Assembly: GCA_030390025.1 (NCBI GenBank)
Contig: JASTWF010000326.1
Span: 186,001 to 250,000, forward strand
Origin: Squalus acanthias
Taxonomy: Eukaryota
DNA length: 64,000 nt
Reading direction: 5' to 3'
Shown here: piece by piece, positions 25,093-38,528 of the stretch
Numbering within the stretch: the first letter of the stretch is position 1
How the letters are laid out: each line of letters opens with the position of its first letter
The notes under the pieces: generated by a model
What the model was told of the DNA's origin: nothing
Database searches by the model: none
What the model saw: the letters and a program-made list of their open reading frames with translations, nothing else
Made by a program: the position numbers and the translations under genes

Positions 25093-26496
25093 ATAGAGTC
25101 AGAACGGCACAGGAGGTCGCCATTCGGCCCATCGAGTCCGTGCCGGCTCTCTGTAGAGCAATCCAGTCAGTCCCATTCCACCACTCTATCCCCGAAGCCC
25201 TGCAAGTTTATTTCCCTCAAGTGCCTATCTAGTCTCCCTTTGAAAACATTGAATGTCTCCGCTTCCACCACTTCCGTCGGCAGCGAGTTCCAGGTCCTCA
25301 CCACTCGCTGCTTAAAAAAGTTTTCCCTCACATCTCCCCTGTATCTCTTGCCCAATACCTTAAATCTGTGTCCCCTAGTCCTTGTACCATCAACTAGTGG
25401 GAACTGTCTTTCCCCGTCTAGACTATCCAAACCCGTCATAATCTTGTACACCTCTATCAAATCACCCCTCAACCTCCTTTGCTCTAATGAAAACAAATCC
25501 AGCTTCTCCAACCTGTCCTTGCAGCTAAGATCCCCCATCCCCAGAACCCTTCTGGTCAATCTCCTCTGCACCCTCTCAAGTGCCTTCACATCCTTCCTAA
25601 AGTGTGGTGACCAGAACTGGATGCAATACTCCAGTTGTGGCCTAACCAGCACTTGAAAAAGGTTCAGCATAACTTCTCTACTTTTGTACTCAATACCTCT
25701 ACTTATGAAGCCTAAGATCCCAAATCATCTTCTTCTTCTTCTTCTTCTTAGGCAGTCCCTCAGAACCAAGGATGACTTGCTTCCACATTAAAAATGAGTT
25801 TGCAGGTGACTGATGAGTCCAATGCGGGATCTACAGTCTCTGTCACAGGTGGGGCAGACGGTGGTTGAAGGAGCAGGTGGGTGGGGTGCTTGGGTTGACG
25901 TGCGCTCCTTGCGCTTGGCTTCCGCTTGCTCCCGGCGAAGAGACGCGAGGTGTTCGGCGCCTTCCCGGATGTTTCTCCTCCACTTTGTGCGGTCTTGGGC
26001 CAGGGATTCCCAGGTGTCGGTGGGGATGTTACACATTTTCAAGGGAGGCTTTGAGGGTGTCCTTGAAGCGTTTCCTCTGCCCACCTGAGGCTCTCTTGCC
26101 GTGCCGGAGCTCCGAGTGGAGTGCTTGTTTCGGGAGTCTCGTATCGGGCATGCGGACAATGTGACCCGTCCATCGGAGCTGATCGAGCGTCCCATACGCT
26201 TTGCTAATCACTCTCTCAATATGTCCTGCCACCTTCAGGGACCTATGCAAATTAACTCACAGGTCCCTCTGTCCCTGCACACTCTTTAAAGCTGTGCCAT
26301 TAAGTGTATATTGCCTCTCCCTGTTCCTTCTGCCAAAATGCATCACCTCACACTTCTCTGTATTAAATTCCATCTGCCACTTGTCTGCCCATTCTGCTAG
26401 CCTTTCTATGTCCTGTTGCAGTCGATTGAAGATATCCTCACTGTTTGCCACACCCCCAAGTTTGGTGACATCAGCAAATTTAGAAATTCTATCCAT
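25093..26496 (-). mobile_element. CR1 3' part, interrupted by an RTE insertion
   Basis: ORFs 26257-26496 (ISKFADVTKL, WQMEFNTEKC) and 25167-25670 (LVRPQLEYC, RGDLIEVYK). Confidence 0.92.
25723..26189 (-). mobile_element. RTE (BovB-like) LINE 3' end nested in CR1
   Basis: LRWTGHIVRMPDTRLPKQAL...GGQRKRFKDTLK; C-terminal CPTCDRDCRSRIGLISH; (AAG)n tail; TCCCA on both flanks. Confidence 0.9.
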
Positions 26497-28984
26497 TTAT
26501 TTTGAACATACGTCCTCTTGACAACATTTAAAATAGGGCTTTGCTTCCAGTGCAGAACCTCACTTTATGAGAGGGTAGGTCGGATTATCAGATGAGGTTT
26601 GCCCACCCAAATTGTCTAGAAACCAGGAGGGTTGATCTCGGTCAGATCCATACTTTGCTAGAACAAAGCTCTGTACTGGGAACAGAGCCTCTCAAAAACC
26701 AGCCCTAAATTCAAAATTAAATGTGAAATCCTATCAAACACAGCATTAAACCATTAACTAGATCACATCAGTAAACTAAAAAAAAACATCTTTGCAAAAT
26801 GAAAACATGGCATGCTTATAAAGAACAGATTCAAAGCAGAAGCAGGGAATCCTTCAAAGGAGCAAAGATGTAACTGGAGGAACAAAGCACTTTATATTCA
26901 GAGACAGACCTTTGTGTGGTTTTCTCACCCTTTCCTAAAATGTGCACCCAGCCACCTGATTTGGCTGATTGACATCACATGGTATTCTCCACAGGATGAG
27001 ATGTTCTCTGCAGGATAACAGCCATTTTTGGCTGTATTTTTTCTTCTGCCGTTTTATTTCCCAGTTTTTAAAGTGAGGGAATATCTGGGAAGTCCAACTT
27101 TGCAGCTGGGGGATGAATTCTGTAGCAGTGTGTGAAATCTGCGCCGTGTAATTGTGGAACAATAAAGGCATGTAAGATATGGGTACAGAATTGGTCTTCG
27201 ATAATATTTAATAAGTGATGAAATATATATTTTCATGTAGGAAAAACAAAAATTATTGTACTCTTATGTAGCTGAAAATTGCCAGGGCTAATCACATCGG
27301 TTTATGAACGAAAGCCACTAAACTGAAGAGAATTGCATGTATGATCTACAAATGATTCTCTGCTAAGTAAGGAATTAAAATTAAACAATCTGAGATACAC
27401 ATATGAGCAGTCAACACTACTCAGATACACTCCAGTGTACTTCAGAGCCCTGAAAATATTGTACATTTTTTCAACCAATGTTCCTAAGTTCAGTTTTAGT
27501 AGAACCCAAGATTATGGTTGTTGCTGAAAAAATATGGCTACATTCTTCAGTCAATTTTCAGGATTTTGGACTTCTTCCCATTCAAATGCTGTATTTGGAT
27601 TCTGATGTCATGCATGACAATAGAGTACAGTAAAGGCAACTCCATTTTTATTTTCCAGATATAATCAATTCAAGATAAAGTGAAACTATTGCTTCACTAA
27701 CAAAAGATGTTGAAGAAATTCAAATCTGACTTTTATTTATATTTGGGGGCATGAAAAAAAAGCTCTGAAGTCAAATCTGGACATGTTTTTTTAATTTCCC
27801 AAATGTACTGAAGCGCATGTAAATATATAACTGATTTTTATGTATTAGTATGATCGAGCTATTTTCCCCACTGTAGCTGTTAATTATTATTTACTGCTAT
27901 TCAACAATGTACTATTTTATAAAACTTGAACTTAAATTAGTAATACAAGATATTACGCCAGTGGTAATACATTTCTGTACAATTACTTTTTATGAATGCA
28001 ATGACTCTTAATTTACAAGAGCTTGAGGTCCAGTTGAGCTCTGAAACACTTCTGAAACAGAGAACAGTGAGGTGATATTTTTACATTTGTACAGTATCAA
28101 ATAATTTCACTCGTGTGAAACATCGGGATCATCAAAATATTCAGCACGTCAAAGAATAGTTGATATTTGATGGCCAACCTTGATTTTCCACAGTGAAGTT
28201 CATAATCTAACTCGAGCAATGAAGTCACAAGTGAGTTGCAGTTAGTCTGAAGAGCCAAAATAAAAAGTATGTTTAACAGTTTGATAAGATGACCAGTTAT
28301 TTTAAGCTGTGAACAAAGCAGATTCATCTGTTGCAAAGGGTGAAATCAGTCTCACACCTACTGGGGCAAAACTACAGCTGGGCAGTTTTCGGCATCGGAC
28401 CAGACTTGCGTCCTGCATGGAATCAGCTATCTCTAAAGGGACCCAGTTTTATTTGCACAGCTAAACTTCTATACAATATTAAAATTAATGGGCTTGAAGT
28501 GTGCAATATTAAACTAATAGCTCTGCAAATACCTCGGGGGGTTGTAGGGCTGAAGGAGATTACAGAGATAGGGAGGGGTATTAATTAGCCAGCAGTAAAC
28601 TAGGGGTATGAATAGTGAGTTATGGGCAAGGCCCAGTGTTGATTTTAAATCTGATAATTAAGACAGTGACAATATTATATTAATTCATTTCCAGATTTTT
28701 AACCAGTGTTTTGAAGATCAATTTCTGATACCAAACATTTTTCTGTGGCTTTGGATCATTTTACCAGTGACCAATTGTTCCATTCTTATTTATATTGTAA
28801 TTAAGCGTAGTTTGTTCATTTTGTATTTTTAAGTAGGTCTATATTTTTGATGGAAGTCTACTGAAATGGGGTTCTCTAGTCAGAGCTGCACTTGAAGAGC
28901 TCTGACCACAGCTGTTCCAGACTCGTAGGGAAAGAAGATTAGTGCACAGGTGAGTGAAAACGAGAAAAAAAAAAACTCTCATCG

Positions 28985-30420
28985 AGGCAATTTTGGGCAG
29001 AATTGCGCCTAAATTGCCGATTGCGCCCAAAGTGGAAACCAATTGTTTTTTCATTTCCAGAGACGTGAAGCTCTTTGTGGTCAGATAAGTGGGAGTTACA
29101 TTTTTTGCCTTTTTTTTTCCAGAAAGTGTACTCACAACTTTACTCTGTATGCTTTGTGGAAGTCCAGCTGCACTAGAAAAAGTGCACAATGGAAGACCAA
29201 TCAGGAAACATGTGTTGCTTAGCCAGCTGAGCAGGCACTTAATTAGTACAGCTGTGAAGTGAGTCATTGTTGAGAGAATGGATGGACAGTAGAAACCAGG
29301 ATGTACAAAGACCTGAAGACAATAAGCAACACCAAGAGTAAGGCTAACTGTTCATTTTGGCAGAGGAGCAACCCTCAAGCAGATGCTCAAGCAGGCATGG
29401 AAGGTGATCACTCTTGCCAGGAACAGTCAAGCACCCAGAGATGCTGCAGGGATATCAGAAGGTGGTGATTGACGAAGAAAAATGGCAAGTGAAAAAACAA
29501 AAAAAACCTCATTTTACCTGGAATATCTTAGCATGCTTAACTTAGCTGCAATTGCAACTCAAGTGGAAGTTTAAAAAGTTCTGAACTAGTACCGCAGGCT
29601 AAAAAAGGATCATGCTGAAAAATACAGGTGAAAAAATATTAAGACTGACTTAAGATTCACATTTGTCGCTCACAAGTACAATGCACTCAGCCCCTCCCTC
29701 CAAACATTCTGTAGACAAGGAACTCTGCAATAAACTGTGATGCAGCCTGAAATGCAAAGTATTCACTACATATTTTTCTCTTACAGAAAGTGTTTTCTAT
29801 TGTATATTTATAAGTATATAAGGGTGGAAAATTTCAGTCATCTAAATCACTCCTTCCCATTCAAAGAGGTGATAATGGAGGTGACCAGTTAAGAAGCAGG
29901 ATACAGGTAGGTGAGCCTCAAATTGAAGAGGGGGAACAAACTCCTGGTTATTGCAGTTGAAATGGTACATCTAATTTATTCTTTTTTTTCCCCAATAAAT
30001 ATGCTAAGCCACAAAATGCTCCATCTATTTACCTCTGCAACCGCAGCTTATGTACTTTAAAAAAAATTCTGGTTGCAGATATGACAACTACAGGAGCAAC
30101 AAGCCAGTCCTCCTTAGTCATCAGAATGGGATTCCAACACTTTGCAGCAGTGCAATGGTATCTGCTTAGAGAGATCGGTGGACAACAATGAGGAGTCTGA
30201 TTCCAGAAAAAGCACAAGAGCAGGGGCACAGTAACTTGAGTAGTTCTCCAGTCACAATCAGTCCCTTGCCTTCACCTGTCTCCTGGTAAAGAGTCAGAAG
30301 AAGTCCCTGAAATCCAACAAGGCCCTCCAGCTGAATATAGGCTACTTCAGGCTCACAAATGGGACCAACAGTATCTGCAACAAAGAGAGGTAGCAGGACA
30401 GCTGAATCACAACCACATCT
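28985..30420 (+). mobile_element. Probable decayed Harbinger element with Myb/SANT-like gene remnant
   Basis: Repeated TTGCGCC subterminal motifs at ~29000-29030; LKQAWKVITLARNSQAPR at ~29385-29440 resembles the Myb/SANT helix AW..IA..VN....R. Confidence 0.4.
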
Positions 30421-30444
30421 TAAGACATCAAGAAACCGCCAAAC

Positions 30445-31520
30445 CTTTTTTTTTTTTAATTCGTTTTTTTTTAATGGCATGTGCGCGTCGCTGGCAAGGC
30501 CAGCATTTATTGCCCATCCCTAATTGCCCATCCCTAATTGCCCTCGAGAAGGTGGTGGTGGTGAGCCGCCTTCTTGAACCGCTGCAGTCCGTATGGTGAA
30601 GGTACTCCCACAGTGCTGTTAGGTAGGGAGTTCCAGGATTTTGACCCAGCGACGATGAAGAAACGGCAATATACTTCTAAGTCAGGATGCTGTGTGACTT
30701 GGAGGAGAACTTGGAGGTGGTGGTGTTTCCATGTGCCTGTTGCCCTTGCCCTTCTAGGTGGAAGAGGCCGCGGGTTTGGGAGGTGCTGCCGAAGAAGCCT
30801 TGGTGAGTTGCTGCAGTGCATCTTGTAGATGGTAGACACTGCAGCCACGGTACGCCGGTTGTGGATGGAGTGAATGATTAAGGTGGTAGATGGGGCGCCA
30901 ATCAAGTGGGTTGCTTTGTCCTGGATGGTGTCGAGCTTCTTGAGTGTTGTTGGAGCTGCACTCATCCAGGCCAAAAGGGAATATTCCATCACACTCCTTA
31001 CTTGTGCCTTGTAGATGGTGGAAAGACTTTGGGGAGTCAGGAGGTGAGACACTCGCCGCAGAATACCCAGCCTCTGACCAGCTCTTGTTGTCACAGTATT
31101 TATGTGGCTGGTCCACTTAAGTTTCTGGTCAATGGTGACCCCCAGGATGTTGATGGTGGGGGAATCGGCGGTGCTACTGTCATTGAACGTCAAGGGGAGG
31201 TGGTTAGACTCTCACTTGTTGGAGATAGTCATTGCCTGGCACTTCTGTGGCATGAATGTTACCTGCCACTTATCAGCCCAAGCCTGAACGTCATCCAGGT
31301 CTTGTTGCATGCGGGCATGGACTGCTTCATTATCTGAGGAGTTGTGAATGGCACTGAACACTGTGCACAGCGAACATCCCCATTTCTGACCTTATGTTGG
31401 AGGGAAGGTCATTGATGAAGCAGCTGAAGATGGTTGGGACTAGGACACTGCCTTGAGGAACTCCTGCAGCAATGTCCTGGAGCTGTGATGATTGACCTTC
31501 AGCCACCACAACCTGTTCCT
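30445..31520 (-). mobile_element. CR1/L2-group LINE (second family) 3' part
   Basis: GVPQGSVLVPTIFSCFINDLP; ORF 30534-31193 (ILGVTIDQKL, YKAQVRSVMEY); 3' end GGCAATAAATGCTGGCCTTGCCAGCGAC plus A-rich tail; homologous to 49357-50306. Confidence 0.88.
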
Positions 31521-31744
31521 TCCCAAAGCACAGCATGACAGAAATATCAAGGATGCCATTGCACATACCATAGGGGGTAAGCGCTGCAGCACACCATACA
31601 CCTTTATTATTATTTTCAATAAGGTATCACTTTAAACTTTGTTGTTATTGTTTTATCTTAACATTAATGTTTTCCAAATAATCAGCAATAATAATGAAGG
31701 CTTGGCTTGTCAAAAAAAAACACCAGAATAACCAATTAAACATA

Positions 31745-34700
31745 AACAGAGTGGTCTGCACAGAGTGATCTTAAATGGAGTGCTTCGAAACAGAGTGTTA
31801 AAGTTGGGAATTCGGAGCAGAGAGGGAAGGAGGTGCTGCCTTTTGCTTCCAATACTTGGAGTGCTGTGTGTTACAGGTAAATATTTAATTTCATCTACCT
31901 AAAACTTAAACTAGATAGAATAATTAGTTAAAAACGAAACTATAAGCTAAGTTAATTAAATACGTAAATTTTAATTAACTAAATAAGTAAAACAAGGTTA
32001 TAAAGGGATGGCAGTGCAGGCGGTGTGCCGCAACTGCAGCATGTGGGAGTTTGTGCAGAGCATTGTGATCCTGGACGACCACGTCTGCAGTAAGTGTCTG
32101 CATCTTGAGGAACTTCAGCTCAGAGTTTTTGAGCTGGAGTCCAAGGTGCAGACATTGTGGGGCATCAGGGAGGGGAAGAGTTATCTGGACATTTTGATCC
32201 AGGAGGCAGCCACACCCCTTAGGTTAGATAGTGGTACTGGTCTGGTTAGTGGTCAGGGACAGGAGGGTGTGACTGCAACTCAGGCAGGTAAGGGGACCCC
32301 AGGTGCAGTGCTGGAGGAGCCTCGGCCTTTGCCCTGATCCAAACAGGTATGAGGTTCTTGCTGCCTGTTTGGACGAGGCAAAGTCTGCAGGTTGGATGAG
32401 CAAACTGACCCTGGCACCATGGTGCAGGAGGCCATTCAAGTGGAGGAGGGGGGTGGGGGGTGGGTGGGGGGAGTGAAACGGAATGTTGAAGTGGTAGGGG
32501 ACAGTATAGTCAGGGGGATAGATCCAGTTCTCTGCAGCCGCGACCAGGAGTTCCGAAGGTTGTGTTGCCAGTTAAGGATATCTCCTCGTGGCTGGAGAAG
32601 AATTTGGAGTGGGAGGGGAAGGATCCAGTTATCATTGTCCATGTCGGAACCAATGACATAGGTAGGACTAGGAATGAGGTTCTGCTGAGAGATTTCCAGG
32701 AGCTAGGGTCCAAATTAAAATGCAGAACCTCAAAAGGTAATAATCACTGGATTGCTACCTGAGGCATGCGCAAATTGACATAGGGACAAGCAGTTCAGAG
32801 TTTGTAACAAAGGTAATACAATAATCATATGGGACTTTAATCTTCATATAGACTGGGCAAATCAAATTGGCAAAGGTAATCTGGAGGATGAGTTAATTGA
32901 ATGCAGTCGAGACAGTTTCCTAGAACAATAGGTCATGGAACCAACCACGGAAAAGGCTATTTTAGATTTTGTATTGCGTAATGAGACAGGTAATCTCATC
33001 GTAAAGGATCCTCTGGGGAAGAGTGATCATAATGAGAAAATTTCACGTCGAGAGTGAAATACTTCAGTTGGAAACGAGAGTCTTAAACTTAAATAAAGCC
33101 AACAACATAGCTACGAGGGGCGAGCTAGCGAAGGTACATTGGGAAGTTAGATAAGCTGTGGTAAACATTTAAAGAACTATTCTAAAATTCTCAACGAATA
33201 TACATTCCATTGAGAAATAAAAACTCAGCGGAAAAGTGATCCATCCGTGGCTTACTAATGAAGTTAAGGATATCATTAGATTAAAAGAGGCTTATAATGT
33301 CGCAAAAAATAGTAGTAAGCCTGAGATTGGGAGAGCTTTAGAAACCAGCAGAGGATGACCAAAAAATTAATGAAAAGGGAGAAAATAGAATGAGAGTAAA
33401 CTAGTAAAAAATATAAACAGATTGTCAGAGCTTCTACAAGTGTGTAAAAAGGAAGAGAGTTGAAAAAGTAAGCATTGGTCCCTTAGAGGCTTAAACAGGA
33501 GAAATTATAATGGGGAATAAGGAAATGTCAGAAACTTTAAACAAATATTTTATATCGGTCTTCACAGTAGAAGACACAAAAAGCATACCGTAAATAGTGG
33601 GGAACCAAGGAGCTAATTAGAGTGAGGAACTTAAAGTAATGAATATCAGCAGAGAAAAAGTACTTGCGAAACTAATGGGACTAAAAGCCAACAACTCCCC
33701 TGGACCTGATGGCCTACATCCTAGGGTTCTAAAAGAGGTGGCTGCAGAGATAGTGGATGCATTGGTTGTGATCTTTCAAAATTCCCTGGATTCTAGAACA
33801 GTCCCAGGGTTGAATTGGAACTTAGCAAATGTAAGGAGAGAGAGAAAACAGGAAACTACAGGCCAGTTAGCCTGACATCAGTCATGGGGAAAATGCTGGA
33901 ATCCATTATTAAGGAAGTGGTAACAGGGCAATCAGAAAAATCATAACATGATTAGGCAGAGTCAACATGGTTTTTGAAAGGGAAAACATGTTTAACAACT
34001 TTATTAGAGATTCTTGAGGATGTAACTAGCAGGGTAGATAAAGTGAACCAGTAGATGTAGTATATTTGGATTTCCAAAAGGCATTTGATAAGGTGCCACA
34101 TAAAAGGTTGCTATGCAAGGGGTTGAGAGTAATATATTAGCATGGCGAGAGGATTGGTTAACGGACAGAAAACAGAGAGTAGGGATAAACAGGTCATTTT
34201 TCGGTTGTCAGGCTGTAACTAGTTGGATGCCGCAAGGATCAGTGTTTGGGGCCTCAGCTATTTACAATCTATATTAATGACTTAGATGAAGGCACCAAGT
34301 GCAATGTATCCAAGTTTGCTGACGGTACAGTGCTAGATGGAAAAGTAAGCTGTGAGGAGGACAGAAAGTGCCTGCAAAGGGATATATAGACAGGTTAAGT
34401 GAGTAGGCAATAAGGTGGCAGATGAAGTATAATGTGGGGAAATGTGAGGTTATTCACTTTGGTAGGAAGAATAGAAAAACAGAATATTTTTTAAAGGTAC
34501 CGCAAGCAATTAGGAAGGCAAATGGCATGTTGGCCTTTATTGCAACGCGGTTGGAGTACAAGAGTAATGAAGTCTTACTAAAATTGTACAGGGCTTTGGT
34601 GAGATCACACCTGGAGCACTATGCACAGTTTTGGTCTCCTTATCTCAGAAAGGACCTACATGCTTTAGAAGCAGTGCAATGAATGTTTACTAGATTGATT

Positions 34701-35168
34701 GCTGGGATGAGAGGGTTGTCCTATGAGGAGAGATTGAGTAGATTTGGCCTATACTCTCTGGAGTTTAGAAGAATGAGAGGTGATCTCATTGAAACATACA
34801 AGATTCTGAAGGGGATTGACAGGGTAGATGTTGAGAGGTTGTTTCCCCTAGCTGGAGAGTCTAGAACTAGGGGGCATAGTCTCAGGATAAGGGGTCGGCC
34901 ATTTTTAAGACTGCAATGAGGAGGAATTTCTTCACTCAGAGGGTTGTGAATCTTTGGAATTCTCTACCCCAAAGGGCTGTGGATGCTGAGTCATTGAGTA
35001 TATTCAAGGCTGAGATAGATAGACTTTTGGACACTAAGGAAATCAAGGGATATGGGGATTGAGCAGGAAAGTGGAGTTGAGGTCAAAGATCAGCCATGAT
35101 CTTATTGAATGGCAGAGCAGGCTCGAGGGGCCGTATGGCCTACTCCTGCTCCTAATTCTTAACTTCTT
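31745..35168 (+). mobile_element. CR1 LINE with probable 5' UTR and ORF1 start, internally deleted
   Basis: ORF1 ATG at 32008 (MAVQAVCRNCSMWE...HVCSKC), VHVGTNDI; jump at ~32800 into mid-APE; RT fragments; 3' UTR at ~35100. Confidence 0.92.
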
Positions 35169-36759
35169 ATAAAGGCAGACCAGTGAGTTTGGGAAGCTGT
35201 GCCACTTTGCACAGTAGCTGCTGTGGTTTTACTACTTCATCATCCTCTTTCTTCCCCTTATCTCATACTATTGCTTGTTGCTGCTGCACATGTGCTTTTC
35301 TATATTGTGCAGTACACCACTATCATTCTACAAACAGTGTATGGATCATATTCCAAGGCATGCCCAGTGCTCTTCAAACATTAGAACTGTTGTTTCAGCA
35401 TATCAAACGTCTGCCCAACAAAGTCCTGTCCCTCACACATGTGCTTAATGTTTGCTGAGGAATGCGTAGAATGGTCATAAGCCATGCTTTGAGTGGATAA
35501 TTTACATCGTTCAGGAGGAAGCCATTCCAAGGATAAGGGTAACAACTACACCTATATGAATAATTGTTCTTAGTCATTCTTTACCACATACCGAGGCCTT
35601 TATCGGTTCTTTCTCTGACCGTTAGTAGCAGCAGTTGATACTCTTCACCAGCCAACAGGCCATCTAGGCATTACTTGGAAACAGCTAGAGCAGGAATTCA
35701 TCCCCATAGGAAGTCAAGAACTGGCTGAACTTTGACCATTTTCAGCACCGTTTGCATGAATTGCTAAACCTTGCATGTAATCACATGGTAAAATTGAACC
35801 TCTTTTTCTTAAAGATGTATAACTGTTGGCTAGATTAAAGCAACAATGATTTCATGTACTTAGTGGAATTCAGAGGTCATCTGCAAAGAAATGTTGCACA
35901 AGGCATGAGAAATACATCGGCAAAAAAGTTGCAACGGTTTACCAGAGGGCTTATAGTTTACAAACTCTTCTAGCAGACATCTATACCATTAATTAGACCA
36001 TCTAAATCTAAAGCTTTAAATAAAATATAGATAAGCAAATTATCTAGGCAACATGCTGGTATAACGTGGGACCATGGATGGGTCATCTGAGAAATGCAAA
36101 TCAGAATTAACTAGTGCAAGTTGTAAACATTAATTAATATCCTGTAGTTTCACTCAATTAATTTGGGGGCAAGGTCAAACTTTCACAGCATTTTCCCTTC
36201 CTTGAAGCATTATCGGTAATTGGTTGTCTCCCTAAAGAGATTAGGGAAGTTGTGTGGAGTCCATGATTGCAAAAATTTCTTGCAGTTTGTAGAGGGAACA
36301 GGTGGAATTGCCTTTTCTTTTCTATCCTCATGTTCTTCTTATTCTGGAATTTCTAAGTGTAAGTGTCTGCTGACAGGAATATGGCTAAATTATTGCAGTA
36401 TGCTTCATAATGATATAAAGTGTCAACACACGTTAAAATGGTGAAGAAAAAGTTAAATTGACAGCTTGGAAATCTGAAGGTAGATTCCCTAATGTAGGCA
36501 TTCAGGCAGGGTGGGAGGGGGGCAGATGGTGAGAAGATATCCACTCAACATTAATAGGCGTGGCCTTTTCCACCTGGACATCTGTATTTGGGCCTGATTT
36601 AGTATTTGTGAACTCCCAAGTGTAGACGGGCTGCCTCTGGGACCTTACACACATACAGATGGGACCTAGAGCACTGTCATGGTATCTAAATCCAATTAGA
36701 GTTTTTTTTCCCAAAACGGACTGCAAGAGCCATTTAAAGAGATGCAAAGGGAGCTGAAT

Positions 36760-37410
36760 TAAACTTCAGTGGCAACAAATGGAATAGCCGAGCAAACAAG
36801 CTTCCAGAAATACAAATTCAGCAGTGGAGGTGCTGCACACGAGTTGGGTGGAAGGGCTGCCCCATTTGTCACTTCAGATGGCAGCAGATGCCCGACAAGA
36901 TAGTGGCTAGAGCTACCTTCAATACACATAGAACCTAGCAACAAATGGGCAAGATGGCAGACTTGAAGGCAACTAAGGTAAGACGACCCAATGGTAATTA
37001 TGTATACTAGAGTGTTGCCCGTCATACTATTACACATTTACTGCTAGCCCATGTAATGCATGCAGGAAACCTAACAGCTCTCTGCTTACCATGCATTTCC
37101 ATGCTACAGCAAAGCACACATGCAAGCTGCAACTGGTACTGTCACACATCTTTCAAGAGCTTCATGCCAAAAATCCTTCCAACACAACCTACCTGGATGA
37201 TGCATTTTTTTCTACTCATTCATACAATGCCATATAGAATATGCATTTAGGAAATCACTGCTGTTGGAACTTCCAACATCTCAAAACAACTTTCTTGCAG
37301 GCAAGGTTGACTCAACCAAAGAACAGACATACTGGGAGGAGGGCCCCCATGGATTAGGCTTCTGACACCTTTTAAAGATACATTGGGCGTTATTGCAAAC
37401 AAGCGCAGTG
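36760..37410 (+). pseudogene. Decayed intron-containing Harbinger Myb/SANT-like DNA-binding protein gene
   Basis: THRT*QQMGKMADLKATK|gtaag (donor 36978); acceptor tttcttgcag at 37300, then (one frameshift) TGGGPPWIRLLTP, typical of Harbinger-derived Myb proteins. Confidence 0.65.
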
Positions 37411-38211
37411 AATGGGTGGTTTAGCATAAAGTCAGGCACCTCCCACCATGTTTCGGGCTCGTATCTTGCTTTTATTTGTCTTCTCTTACTTACTCAATTT
37501 CATACACTCTTATCATGACACACAGTACATTACCATGTAAGTACTGTTTGAAGGGGGTCTCCTGTAGACAGCATTGTACATGTTCCGGTTCTGTTTTTGA
37601 AAGCTTGCTGCAGGAACTAAACTGCAATTCGAGTGCCACAGAAACAAGTACCATCTTAGAGTACACTGCATCATTCGCAGAGGATTTCAATCGTGATCTT
37701 AATGACGTAGTATTGGGTAAATCACAATGTATCAGAAGGTACAAGTGACTGTGGCAATGAGGGGAATGGGAACTGGCTTAAGGAACAGCCAATGCCTCCT
37801 CAGGCTGCAGAATCTAAAGAAATCAACCTCAGTGTTACTTTTCAAATGAAGAATACTGTCTGAGAATGATTGTCCATTGCAATCATTTGAAGCTGTATAG
37901 ATCTGGCTAGAAGTTTTTAAGCCACATCTGTGCAGTCATGGAGGAAGGTGCCGCTGCAGTGCAATCTACCATGCATGTCAAATCTAGCAAAACAGGTTCT
38001 CAGCACAGTCAGAATATCCCTCATAAATGTTTAGACTGCTTTTATATGGAGGCCTTGGGCACTAATCTATAACAGCCCTCCTGTCCAGCTTCTACATGTT
38101 GGGCGAGTGGATTGAGGGAATTTTGAATCTTTGCCTTCACTGCTGCCTTGAGCTTTCTCTTCCACAAATCAGTGGACATGCTGCGGGAGAGCCCGATAGC
38201 AGACGCATGGT

Positions 38212-38528
38212 TAGATCACAGAATCCCCACAGTGCAGATAGAGGCCATTTCGGCCCATCGAGCCTGCACCAACACATATCCCACCCTATCCCCGTAACCC
38301 CACGTATTTAATCCCCCTAACACTAAGGGTCAATTTATCATGGCCAAATCAACCTAACCCGCACATCTTTGGACTGTGGGAGGAAACCAGAGCACCCGGG
38401 AGGAAACCCACGCAGACACGGGGAGAATGTGCAAACTCCACACAGACAGTCACCCGAGGCCGGATTCGAACCCGGGTCCCTGGCGCTGTGAGGCAACAGT
38501 GCTAACCACTATGCCACCATGTTGCCCC
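38212..38528 (-). mobile_element. HE1-type V-SINE
   Basis: tRNA head GGGGCAACATGGTGGCATAGTGGTTAGCACTG...GGTTCGAATCC; V-domain GTGTGGAGTTTGCACATTCTCCCCGTGTCTGCGTGGGTTTCCTCC; CR1-like tail. Confidence 0.92.

Noticed and set aside
24991..25656. 221-aa + strand ORF as a gene
   Set aside because: Antisense shadow of CR1 ORF2, as with the ORFs at 1950-2354, 13767-14219 and 57993-58547.
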